The translations under genes and the position numbers were made by a program. 64,000 nt of DNA from Carpediemonas membranifera BICM. Taxonomy: Eukaryota > Protista > Fornicata. Below the pieces are notes generated by a model, which worked only from the letters and a program-made list of their open reading frames with translations, searched no databases and was not told where the DNA came from. Numbering within the stretch: position 1 is the stretch's first letter; every line of letters begins with the position of its first letter. Below, one piece after another: positions 1 to 8,593 of this stretch. The stretch lies in contig JAHDYR010000067.1 in NCBI GenBank assembly GCA_019828565.1, forward strand, positions 278,244-342,243, read 5' to 3'.

Positions 1-484
1 GCAGTTTTAGGCACAAAGATGTACGCCTTCTGGCGAACGGGGGTTGCGGCGCACATGCCGGCAAGGGCGGCCCCGGCGTTACCGGTAGACGCGGTGGTGA
101 TGACGGGGGCGCCGTCCTCCTGCATCCTGACGAGGAGAGAAGAGGCGCGGTCCTTGAGCGAGCCGGTGGGGTTCTTGCTGTCGTCCTTCAGCCAGAGGTT
201 GCAGGAGGGGATACCGAGCTCCTTGGCGAGGGGGGTGCCGCCGACGGACAGCGGGGGCGCGTTCACGCGAGCTTCGAGGAATCGACGGGAAGGAACGCGG
301 AATAGCGGAACATGTTGTTCTTTTGTTCACGGTTGAGGCCGTTTTCGCGCACATCCTTGGCGATGGCCTCGTAATCATGGATTAAGTTCAGGTTGGCCTC
401 GTCGACGTCGCAGACGTAGTGACCGTCAGTGAGGTAGGAGAGTTCGAACTTCTTACCGCATACAGAGCATTCAATGTGAGCCAT
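1..484 (-). CDS. thrC: Threonine synthase-like PLP enzyme (fold type II, prokaryotic type), runs off the window edge; one apparent frameshift near 263-266
   Basis: ORF 263..484 has an N-terminal CxxC Zn-ribbon-like segment and 'MFRYSAFLP'. Another frame then continues VNAPPLSVGGTPLAKELGIPSCNLWLKDDSKNPTGSLKDRAS...TTASTGNAGAALAG...IFVP, containing the PLP-Lys motif NPTGS(L/F)KDR and ASTGN. Confidence 0.8.
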
Positions 485-902
485 TAGCGTTACTTCACTT
501 ATTTTGAAGGTCTTACTTGCTGCACGACCAGCGACGACCGAGCGTGACGACGCAATCCACCGACAATCTCGCTAATATGACGATTTAGACGACACAGTCG
601 CATAGCACCCGCATGACGAGCCTGTGCCATCAGATACGGCGGAGAGTCGATCCGCAACACCACTAGGTCACAATCCGACAGAGCGATGACGGCTACCGTG
701 ACCGTTGTGGGCAGAAAGTGTTCTCCATCAGTCACCTGGAATCTCCTAACCTTGAGGTGACTCAGAAGTCTCCACTCCATCAGCATCCAACTGACGAAAC
801 GACAGGAGGAGTCAGAAGGACACTGGAGGCCGGCACGCCAAGGACCGCGGGATGATTTATACAACCCGTAAATGCAATGAACGTATTAAATTGCACCACG
901 CA

Positions 903-2105
903 CTAGTACGGCAGCTCGTCGCCCGTGGCCCAGTCCGATTCGGCCCCGTCGGTTGGGGCGTCGTCCTCCGCCTCGACCTCCTCCTCCTCGAGGTCCACAG
1001 GGAACCGCAGGGTGGCCGCCAGCCCCCCGAACTGGGCAACCTGCCTGCCCGCCGGGTGCTCGGCCGAGAACACGCGGACCACGCCTGACGACGCCTCGAC
1101 GGCCTCGGTGAGGGCCACAGCACGCTTCCTCTCGCTTAGGTTGTTTGACCTGAATATGTTATCCGAGATGAGCAGCTTCTCCACGGCGCCCATGTCAATC
1201 GCGGCCTGGACGTGCTTAATGCCGTAGCACACCCGGTCCGACTCCATAAAGATCGCCTGCAGGAACTTCTCCAGCTCCGCAGTCTCCACAGCGGCCTTAG
1301 AGTCGCCCATGTGCTTCTGGACGGACGGGAGTTGGAGCAGCTCGGACACGGCCGCCATACTGCCCGAGGAGGTCGTCTCGAGCAGGATCTTGGCCTTGGC
1401 GTTGCCCCAGCCCTTCGAGGAGTCCTTGGAGCCCTCCGTTGTGATCATCTTGAGCAGATCCTCCTTGATGAAGCCGGGCGAGCCGATGACGATGGCCTTC
1501 ACGGCCTCCAGGTCGATGGCGTTGACCATAGACTGGTACACGTTACTGAGGAACTTCTCGATGGCTGTCTGCCGCTTGGTCATGCCGAGCGGCGACTTGC
1601 GGGGGATGACCTTCTCGACCTTGGCCTTCACGAGGGTGAGGCTGTCAGAGACGAGACAGATCAGCGCAGAACCTTCCTCCAGCACTACTATCGCTGTAGT
1701 GGCCCCTCTGCTCTCGTCAGTGGCGGCGAGGATGCGGTTGAGGGACACGTTGTCCCAATGGTGCTTCCACACAGTGAACTCGAAGAACGGCTGCAGCTCA
1801 AACGTGTGGAACTGATTGAACTTCACCCACTGCGTCTCATGCAGGTTCGTGCCGGCTACCCGGAGTCTGGAGGCCCCGGGGTCGTAGTCCACTTGGGTCA
1901 CCTTGAGTGAGAGCTTCATGGGTTTCCGCTCACTATCTTGGCCCCCACCGACTGTTTGACGCTGAATGCGGCGGATTGTCACTGACGTGATGACATCTCC
2001 GGGCGAAATAACGTTGTACGCCTCCCATAGATCCTCGTTCGTGGTCGGCTTGAGGACTACCTTGCCCTCTCCTTTGCTATCGATTATTTTCTTCACAATC
2101 TTCAT
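903..2105 (-). CDS. PELO: Pelota/Dom34 ribosome-rescue factor
   Basis: 400 aa; EDLWEAYNVI..GD, RLRVAG, FHTFEL, IGSPGFIK, YGIKHV, GGLAATLRFP (eRF1-family domains). Confidence 0.97.
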   Translation of the reverse strand: MKIVKKIIDSKGEGKVVLKPTTNEDLWEAYNVISPGDVITSVTIRRIQRQTVGGGQDSERKPMKLSLKVTQVDYDPGASRLRVAGTNLHETQWVKFNQFHTFELQPFFEFTVWKHHWDNVSLNRILAATDESRGATTAIVVLEEGSALICLVSDSLTLVKAKVEKVIPRKSPLGMTKRQTAIEKFLSNVYQSMVNAIDLEAVKAIVIGSPGFIKEDLLKMITTEGSKDSSKGWGNAKAKILLETTSSGSMAAVSELLQLPSVQKHMGDSKAAVETAELEKFLQAIFMESDRVCYGIKHVQAAIDMGAVEKLLISDNIFRSNNLSERKRAVALTEAVEASSGVVRVFSAEHPAGRQVAQFGGLAATLRFPVDLEEEEVEAEDDAPTDGAESDWATGDELPY

Positions 2106-2455
2106 TATCCGGTGTCTGCTAGTGATTGAACGCCCTCCTTACTGGTAAACGAGAAGGATAGGTTCTGCCAGATTTGACCAGTCATAAACTGCACGAGCGT
2201 AGAACGGTGGCATACTGGGATTGAGAACTTAAAACCCATTCCAACAGAGTCTGGCCGGCCGCTTTAAGATGTATGATCTTGACACTGATCAGTGGTCATA
2301 CCTGCCGAGGACGATGAGGCAACCGGGTTCCGGTTTCAGCAGGTACGGTCCTAATAACAATAGCGGAGATGCTGCGGACCAGCTAACTTGGATCAGCCGT
2401 CATTTATCCACGGGAACATGGCAGACCACCACAATGAGGGGAAACACACGCCCGT

Positions 2456-2803
2456 CTACTTGGACTTCTTAGTCTCGGGCTTCTTCTCCTCCTCCTTGTC
2501 GGCCGACTTGTCAGCAGCCTTGCCCTTGCCCTTCTTGGCCTGCTTCTCAGCGAGCTTCTTCTCCTTGGCAAGCTTCTTCTCTTCCTTCTTCTGCTTCGCT
2601 TCAGCATCTGCCTTTTCAGCTTCACGTTGCTTCTTAGCTTCAGCTTCATCGTGTATACGCCGAATCTTGTCTCTACCAACGATCCTGGAGATCAGAACGA
2701 TCATGAAGACGACATAGAGGACGGGGAGCGCCACCATGAGAGCATAGTGCTTCCAAGTAATCTCTACATTCAATAGCCACCCGCGAGAACCTGTTGCCGG
2801 CAT
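2456..2803 (-). CDS. Small single-pass membrane protein with Lys/Glu-rich tail, function unknown
   Basis: 115 aa; one hydrophobic stretch (ALMVALPVLYVVFMIVLI) and a charged tail; coding-like codon usage. Confidence 0.65.
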   Translation of the reverse strand: MPATGSRGWLLNVEITWKHYALMVALPVLYVVFMIVLISRIVGRDKIRRIHDEAEAKKQREAEKADAEAKQKKEEKKLAKEKKLAEKQAKKGKGKAADKSADKEEEKKPETKKSK

Positions 2804-2891
2804 CTTCGCCCTTGTTTCGTATCGTCAGCACATGACTTCGTAAAATATGCGTACTTCACGTGCTCTCAGCTAATTCGCCCGTTTACCGCAG

Positions 2892-4088
2892 CTATGCATC
2901 AACCATCTCCCTGAGCCGCTCCACACTGTCACTAACCCCCTGATAGATCGCCTCTACCCGGCACAGCGTCTGCGTGCTCGGCCCCTTGCCCCGGGCCCGG
3001 TCACCCATCAGGCCCCGGGAGTCCGTTGCGTCACCCAGCTCTCGGAGACAGATCAGGAGCATGGCGTGGAGCCGGGTGAGGGTCTCATCGATGTTGGAGT
3101 TCTCCTCGACGGGGATCTTGAACGTCCGAGCATCGTTTGTGAAGGCCGCCTGGATCTTGCGGATGTTGCCGATATGCCGGATATACGTGTTATGTGCGGG
3201 GTCCTCAGTCATGTATTTCGACCTCACCGCCATCCTATGCCGCTGCCGCTTCTCGTCCTTGATGTACAGCACGACCGGGATGCACCTGTACGTCTCCGCC
3301 AGCAGCACCATGTTCGCCGGACTCAGGTGCACCCCTTCCACTATGACGCTTTCATTTGTAAGTTGCATGCGCCTGAGGAAGGCGCTGAGTATGGGCCAGA
3401 CGACGGCGTCACACTGGTCCCTCCACCCGAGGACCAGACGGGACTCCCGGGGTGTTCGTAGCAGCTTGTCCTTCTTCTTCCTCTTGAGTGTCCCGACAGA
3501 GTTGACTGGGCTGTTCTCAACAGACGCCGCTGCCGACGCATCAGGAGAATAGAGCGGGCTGAGTCGCCTCGTCTCCCCATCCACACCTGACCGGGCGACC
3601 GTGTCGGTGTTGTATGTGCTGACGTGCAGGATGGGGCACTCCGACGCTGGGATGTGCGACCGCATCATGGACCGGATGTTGTCTGTCGACACAACGCGTT
3701 CAATGCCGAGCCTCGAGGCCAGGAGAGAGGCTAGCGTGCTCTTGCCACACCCAGACGTCCCCCCGATGAGGATGATGAGGTTCTTGTGGTGAAACTGTAC
3801 CTGCCAGGCCCGCCAGAAGTCCACAGCGTCGACGTAGACCCCGGGCTTTTTAACGTGTTTCGCCATCGCATGCCAAAGCTGGTCCTTGGTGACACTGTGA
3901 ATTGCCACAATATCATTGGACGAGATGCCTGTCGCGCTCCTCTCTAGATCAGCGTATACCGTCGCCGATATGCTCAACGCCTGAGATTCGTTAACGTTCA
4001 GCAGTGAAAGTACTTTCCGGAGCATGGAGGCGTCAAAGAAGTCTGTCTTTCCATCTACCTGGACCTGGAGCAGCGAGAGGACGTTCAT
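2892..4088 (-). CDS. 2-phosphoglycerate-kinase-like P-loop NTPase (LPA1-like)
   Basis: ILIGGTSGCGKSTLASLLASRLGI, VSTDNIR, SVIVEGVHL, NIRKIQ, NSNIDET; first in-frame ATG at 4088. Confidence 0.85.
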   Translation of the reverse strand: MNVLSLLQVQVDGKTDFFDASMLRKVLSLLNVNESQALSISATVYADLERSATGISSNDIVAIHSVTKDQLWHAMAKHVKKPGVYVDAVDFWRAWQVQFHHKNLIILIGGTSGCGKSTLASLLASRLGIERVVSTDNIRSMMRSHIPASECPILHVSTYNTDTVARSGVDGETRRLSPLYSPDASAAASVENSPVNSVGTLKRKKKDKLLRTPRESRLVLGWRDQCDAVVWPILSAFLRRMQLTNESVIVEGVHLSPANMVLLAETYRCIPVVLYIKDEKRQRHRMAVRSKYMTEDPAHNTYIRHIGNIRKIQAAFTNDARTFKIPVEENSNIDETLTRLHAMLLICLRELGDATDSRGLMGDRARGKGPSTQTLCRVEAIYQGVSDSVERLREMVDA

Positions 4089-4319
4089 CCGCAGGCATGA
4101 AACAACGATTGTTTGGCTCGAATTGAGACAAGTCGAATTGACTCCCAAAGTCAAGTCAGAGTCATTGTGTCAGGTTGGGTGCGTAGTATGACCGCATTTA
4201 AACATCTGCCACATCTTGTTTTGACCAGGAAAGACCTCATCCCGAGCCATTCTGCTGTATCGCCCCGCTCTCGCCTTTTGCAAGTTTAAGCGATATTTAG
4301 TGAAATAATACAGTCTAGC

Positions 4320-6227
4320 CTAGAGTCTATCATCCCGAATCTGCTCGAAGAACCGCTGAATCACAGGAGATACGACCGTCCTGGGTCTCCGGCAGTTGAC
4401 AATGTCGGTCACCACGAGCTCTTGCTTCTTGCCGTTTGATGTCTGCGGGATATAGGGCGTTTCCAGAATAAATGCCGGAACATGACGCGGAGTAGTTGCA
4501 GATCGAATCGTATCTCGAATCTCCTTCTCCATGGTCGAATCTAGGGTGAAACCGTCACGAAGCTTGACAAAGAGCACGATTCGCTGGTTATTCCCCTTCA
4601 TTTGCCCCACAACTATGGAATCTTCGACCCCCGTGACCAACGAGAGCGGCCGGTAGATCTCAGATGTCCCGATCCGCACCCCGGACGGCTTCAGGGTGGT
4701 ATCCGACCGTCCATGGATGACAAAACCGGCTTCAGTCTGATGTGCCCAGTCGCCGTGGGTCCAGACACCTTCAAATCTAGAAAAATATGACTGATGGAAT
4801 CTAGATCCGTCTGTATCACCAATAAATTCGAGTGGCATCGACGGAAGGGCCGTAAGGCAGACCAACTCGCCGCATTCTCCGGTAATTCGTTTTCCGGCAT
4901 TGTCCCAGATCTGGACATCGGCCCCAAGGGTCGGGCAGGGCATGACTCCGCGACAGTCGTTGACCAGGGGCGACCCCGCTAGGAAGCAGCCGTTGATCTC
5001 AGTTCCCCCGGAGATCGGAGTAATCTTCGCCCGCGGCAGTTTTGATTTGATGAAATCAAAGCCCTCTGCGGCCAACGGGGCGCCTGTGCTCAGGAAGGCA
5101 TGGCACTCCGGCCATGGTCTGATGTCTGCGTCACCAGTGCTCATGGCGTCGATGAATACAGCGCTCGTCCCAAATACGGTCACTCCAAGCTCTGTGGCAG
5201 CCTCAAACACGGCCGTCTTCGTCGGGTAGCAGGGGTTTCCTTCGTACAGGACGATGTCTGCCCCCGCACCGAGGGCCGAGACGAGCCAAGGGTGCATCAT
5301 CCAGGCGAGGGTCGTCATGTAAAGTACACGGTCACCCACCCCCACCCCGACGTGTAGTAAATGCTCCTTGACCTGGTTGAGATAAACCCCGCCAGCGCTC
5401 TGGACGATCGCTTTGGGCTTGCCAGTAGTGCCTGAGCTGAACATCGAGAAAAGTGGGTGGGTGAAGGGGAACCGCTGGAATGTGCTAAGTGACTGTGTGG
5501 CAAGTACTGAGTCGACTCTGGTCCATCCTTCGGGCGTCGGGGCGGCTGTGTCCAAGAAAGGGACGAAAATCGAAGTCCGAACGCCCAATCGACGTGCTAC
5601 CGCCACAGCGGTCTCCATCTTGCTGAATGGCCTGCCCTTGTGAGTATAACCATCTCCTGCGACGAGTACCGCTGGCTGTACTTGACTCAGCCTGTCCAGC
5701 GCCGCCTCCTCGCCGAAATCGGGCGAGCACGCGGCCCACTTGGCACCAATCGCGGCTGTGGCGAGGAGGAAGATGACTGCGGCCGCGGTGTTCGGAAGAA
5801 TGGCGGCGACGGAGTCGACTTGTGACACTCCGGCGTTCCGGAGAAAAGCTGCTGCAGACATGACCTTTGCCCTAAGCTGTGGCCCTGTGAGAGTCTCCCT
5901 AGCCCCTGTCTCGGTCATGCAGTGGACGCTGGAGCCTGCACGGAGGAGGTTCTCGGTATAGTTCATGGAAACGCCAGGGAACCAGGTCCGTTGGTCGAAT
6001 GTGTGAAGAGGAGGGACTAAAGGAGCTTTAGTGCTCTCCTTTGTGTGTATTGGAGCAATGAATTCGAAGAGATCTTCCCAGAACGCTGGAGTGGAGATGC
6101 TGTAGGCGTGCAAGGCATCGTATCCGCTCTCAGGTGTCAGAGGCCCATCAGGATGCCTACTAGCTATAAGCTGAATAAACTTCCGCGTTGTTTCGACACC
6201 TTTCGTCGCCAGTTGTTCCGTCGTCAT
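4320..6227 (-). CDS. AACS: Acetoacetyl-CoA synthetase (acetoacetate-CoA ligase)
   Basis: WFPGVSMNYTENLL, CSPDFG, FSSGTTGKPKAIV, WMM, ISGGTEI, VWTHGDW, GRSDTTLKPSGVRIGTSEIY, TPRHVP. Confidence 0.93.
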   Translation of the reverse strand: MTTEQLATKGVETTRKFIQLIASRHPDGPLTPESGYDALHAYSISTPAFWEDLFEFIAPIHTKESTKAPLVPPLHTFDQRTWFPGVSMNYTENLLRAGSSVHCMTETGARETLTGPQLRAKVMSAAAFLRNAGVSQVDSVAAILPNTAAAVIFLLATAAIGAKWAACSPDFGEEAALDRLSQVQPAVLVAGDGYTHKGRPFSKMETAVAVARRLGVRTSIFVPFLDTAAPTPEGWTRVDSVLATQSLSTFQRFPFTHPLFSMFSSGTTGKPKAIVQSAGGVYLNQVKEHLLHVGVGVGDRVLYMTTLAWMMHPWLVSALGAGADIVLYEGNPCYPTKTAVFEAATELGVTVFGTSAVFIDAMSTGDADIRPWPECHAFLSTGAPLAAEGFDFIKSKLPRAKITPISGGTEINGCFLAGSPLVNDCRGVMPCPTLGADVQIWDNAGKRITGECGELVCLTALPSMPLEFIGDTDGSRFHQSYFSRFEGVWTHGDWAHQTEAGFVIHGRSDTTLKPSGVRIGTSEIYRPLSLVTGVEDSIVVGQMKGNNQRIVLFVKLRDGFTLDSTMEKEIRDTIRSATTPRHVPAFILETPYIPQTSNGKKQELVVTDIVNCRRPRTVVSPVIQRFFEQIRDDRL

Positions 6228-6315
6228 CTTCTCTAATTGGATGCCGACTCAACCAACCCAACCATGGACCCATCGAGATACGACGTCCTTTATATTCAAC
6301 AGTGCGGGCCCATGC

Positions 6316-6831
6316 TCAGATGTCGATGACCTGGGGTTCAGACAGGTGCTTGACGTACTCCATGTAGTTGATCTTGCCGTCCTCGGGATCCGCCGCGAAG
6401 GCAAGCATCTCGTTCACCTCCTCGGTGGAGAAGTACTCGCCGTTCGTAGTCATCAGCACGCGGAGCTCGTCCGCATCAAGGTAGCCCTTGCCCTCGGTGT
6501 CCAGAACCTTGAATGCTTCGAGAATACGCTCTTCTGTGTCTCTGAAGGTCTCGGATCCCATGAGGAAAGTGAGGATCACAGGCTCGAGGCGCTTGTATTG
6601 GATGAACCCAGAAGGCTCTTCCTCTCCAACCTGGCTGCAGACATCGCGGAGCCGCGCTTCGGTAAGATTGATGTTCAGAGCACGAAGAATCGAACCGACC
6701 TCGCGAATGTCGCATGTGCCATCCTCGGAGCGATCAAAAACATCAAACGTCTTCTTGATGATCGTACGGTAGCGCTCCTTAATCCGTTCGCGTTCTTGTT
6801 GAATTACAATCGAGTTTGCTGTGACGTTCAT
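6316..6831 (-). CDS. EFCAB2: EF-hand calmodulin-like protein, EFCAB2/DRC8-like (dynein regulatory complex)
   Basis: FDVFD...TCDIREVGSILRAL, EEEPSGFIQY, AFKVLDTEGKGYL, GEYFSTEEVNEML.FAADPEDGKINY. Confidence 0.8.
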   Translation of the reverse strand: MNVTANSIVIQQERERIKERYRTIIKKTFDVFDRSEDGTCDIREVGSILRALNINLTEARLRDVCSQVGEEEPSGFIQYKRLEPVILTFLMGSETFRDTEERILEAFKVLDTEGKGYLDADELRVLMTTNGEYFSTEEVNEMLAFAADPEDGKINYMEYVKHLSEPQVIDI

Positions 6832-7135
6832 GGATTATGATGGAACCTTCCCCTTTTCGGCCGGGTGCTTCCGATTTTTGGCATAATCTGCGAAAGGGTG
6901 GTCGCCCCGTGGTGAGCGGCTGTGGCAGTGGTGAAGCGCCGTAGCGGTGCAATATGCACTTATGGCATGCTATAGTGCTTTTCTCCTCCCAGCAAGGTCG
7001 GTCATCACAAGTGTGGGGACAGCTCTCAACGAATGTGGCAGGATAGAGCTAGAGCCCTGCTTGATCACCTCTACATCTTCCAGAAAGCTTCCAGCCCACA
7101 TAAATATCCGCAATTTACCGACACTGCCAGGCAGC

Positions 7136-7687
7136 CTACAACATGTCGAAGTCATCCAGCTCGCCGCGGTACTCCTTAACCGCCCTGCGCAGCTTCGAGT
7201 TATCCACCCACATGACCTGCGTCTCGCTGCTCCTGGAGACGAGGAACGCCGGGTCTGTGATGACCTTGGGGCCGACCCGCACATGGCCCTGTTCAACCAG
7301 CCTGGTGGCGTCCTCGTTCGTCTGGCACATCTTGAGGGTGACCATTACTACTGGGAGACGGCGGCGGCAGAAGGCTGAGGAGTTGACGGCCGAGGCGGCA
7401 AGGAGGCCGTCGTTGCGGCGGGCAACAAGGCCCATATCATATAGACGGCGCATAAGCTTAGTTGTTTGGTCTAAGCGGACGACATCATCTTGTGGAAGCT
7501 TCCTTAGCCTATCAGCAAGCTTTGTGATGGTGCCTACGGCCCTCCGATACATGATGTACTCCTTTGCGCTAAGAACATGATATCTACGCATAATTTCTCT
7601 TTCACGGTCCTCATCTTCACGCTCATAGTGCATGAAGTCATGCTTCTTGAGGAGCTTACGCTCATGATACTGGAGCTTTCGTCCCAT
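7136..7687 (-). CDS. IMP3: U3 snoRNP protein IMP3 (S4 domain)
   Basis: MGRKLQYHERKLLKKHDF, SAFCRRRLPVVM, VEQGHVRVGP, DPAFLVSR, WVDNSK, ending DDFDML. Confidence 0.97.
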   Translation of the reverse strand: MGRKLQYHERKLLKKHDFMHYEREDEDREREIMRRYHVLSAKEYIMYRRAVGTITKLADRLRKLPQDDVVRLDQTTKLMRRLYDMGLVARRNDGLLAASAVNSSAFCRRRLPVVMVTLKMCQTNEDATRLVEQGHVRVGPKVITDPAFLVSRSSETQVMWVDNSKLRRAVKEYRGELDDFDML

Positions 7688-7771
7688 CGAATCCGGTTCT
7701 CGAGCAGTTTAATGCGAGGCTGGTGTGGTATTTAGAGGTTTATGTGGAGGATTCATGTAAAGGTGACTTAG

Positions 7772-8448
7772 GCTGTCGACCCCCCCTGGGATGAACTCCA
7801 GAGGACTGAACAGGTTCAGTCTGACTTTAGACTCAACAATTCTAATCCTGCGCAGCACAGCTGGAATGCGTAAGTCTTTCCGCCGAGTGCGCTTTGCGAA
7901 CCACATCCTTCGCCAGAAGCACTTCGCCCGCTGCGGCCAACAGGCTCGGGAGTTCGGTTGGCGTCGCCACCCCCATTCGCCTGAAAGTCTTCTACGGGAG
8001 CTCGGGATTCACCACGCCTGCTGGTATGTTCATTCCTTGCGCGCCATATCGAAAGTTCGCGAGAGAGATAGTACCCCTTCTCAAGAGGTATAACATTGTC
8101 GTCGATCTTAACATGGTTAACGAGGATCGCACCATCGTCGTCTGCCCTCACTGCCACGCCCCCTACAAGCGAGTTCGTCCGCGTGATGACCAGCACGTTC
8201 ACCCACATCGTGTGATGCTCTGCGAAAATCCACAGTGCCGTGGTGCTCAGTGGCGCGCAACAGTTCCTGATGCTCTGAATGTTGATCATCGGGACAAGAG
8301 TGCTGCAGAGAACATCCTGTGGCGTTCTCTTGCCTCAGAAGATGAGCTCAGTGGCTCTCCGTTCAGTCGCACATCGATCCCGCGCCTTCCAACATCATTC
8401 CAGTATCATCAATTGGCTAACCGCCAACATTCGTCTACGGACGGATGA
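7772..8448 (+). pseudogene. Degenerate Fanzor/TnpB-like RuvC nuclease (C-terminal half, frameshifted, N-terminus missing)
   Basis: Frame 7791: RKSFRRVRFANHILRQKHF. After a +1 shift near 7930: KVFYGSSGF...PCAP...VNEDRT (RuvC-II Glu, 8122-8124), CPHC (8143-8154), CENPQC (8221-8238), HRDKSAAENIL (RuvC-III Asp, 8293-8295). Possible RuvC-I remnant AVDP/G at 7772-7790. Confidence 0.8.
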
Positions 8449-8528
8449 TGTTGTGCAGTTTGGCACTTTGATCGTTCCTTTCAGGCCCTGTCTGGGAGGT
8501 TCGAAAAATACTATACTGCGCAACATTA
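8446..8528 (+). ncRNA. Long imperfect hairpin directly after the Fanzor stop codon; candidate omegaRNA scaffold or element-end structure
   Basis: TGATGTTGTGCAGT (8446-8459) pairs with ACTGCGCAACATTA (8515-8528): 12 Watson-Crick and 2 G-U pairs. Inner stem CCTTTCAG (8477-8484)/CTGGGAGG (8492-8499), plus TCG/CGA. Confidence 0.5.
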
Positions 8529-8593
8529 ATTCAGTTTAATACTGCGGCTATGGACTCAACAAAGAGATGTTTGGATCTTCATCACACCAACCT

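Larger units (their letters stand above)
7705..8540 (+). mobile_element. Putative defective Fanzor-bearing transposon delimited by a 9-bp direct repeat
   Basis: CAGTTTAAT at 7705-7713 and 8532-8540 flanks the nuclease remnant and the hairpin. The insert is the only plus-strand coding unit within a run of ten minus-strand genes. No transposase or clear TIR is seen. Confidence 0.45.

Noticed and set aside
499-864. 121-aa minus-strand ORF between pelota and threonine synthase
   Set aside because: Non-ATG start, no motif, and non-coding-like composition.
7723-8516. Possible terminal inverted repeats GTGTGGTATTT / AAATACTATAC for the Fanzor element
   Set aside because: Only 9 of 11 positions match, the sequence is AT-rich, and the two arms are not equidistant from the direct repeats.
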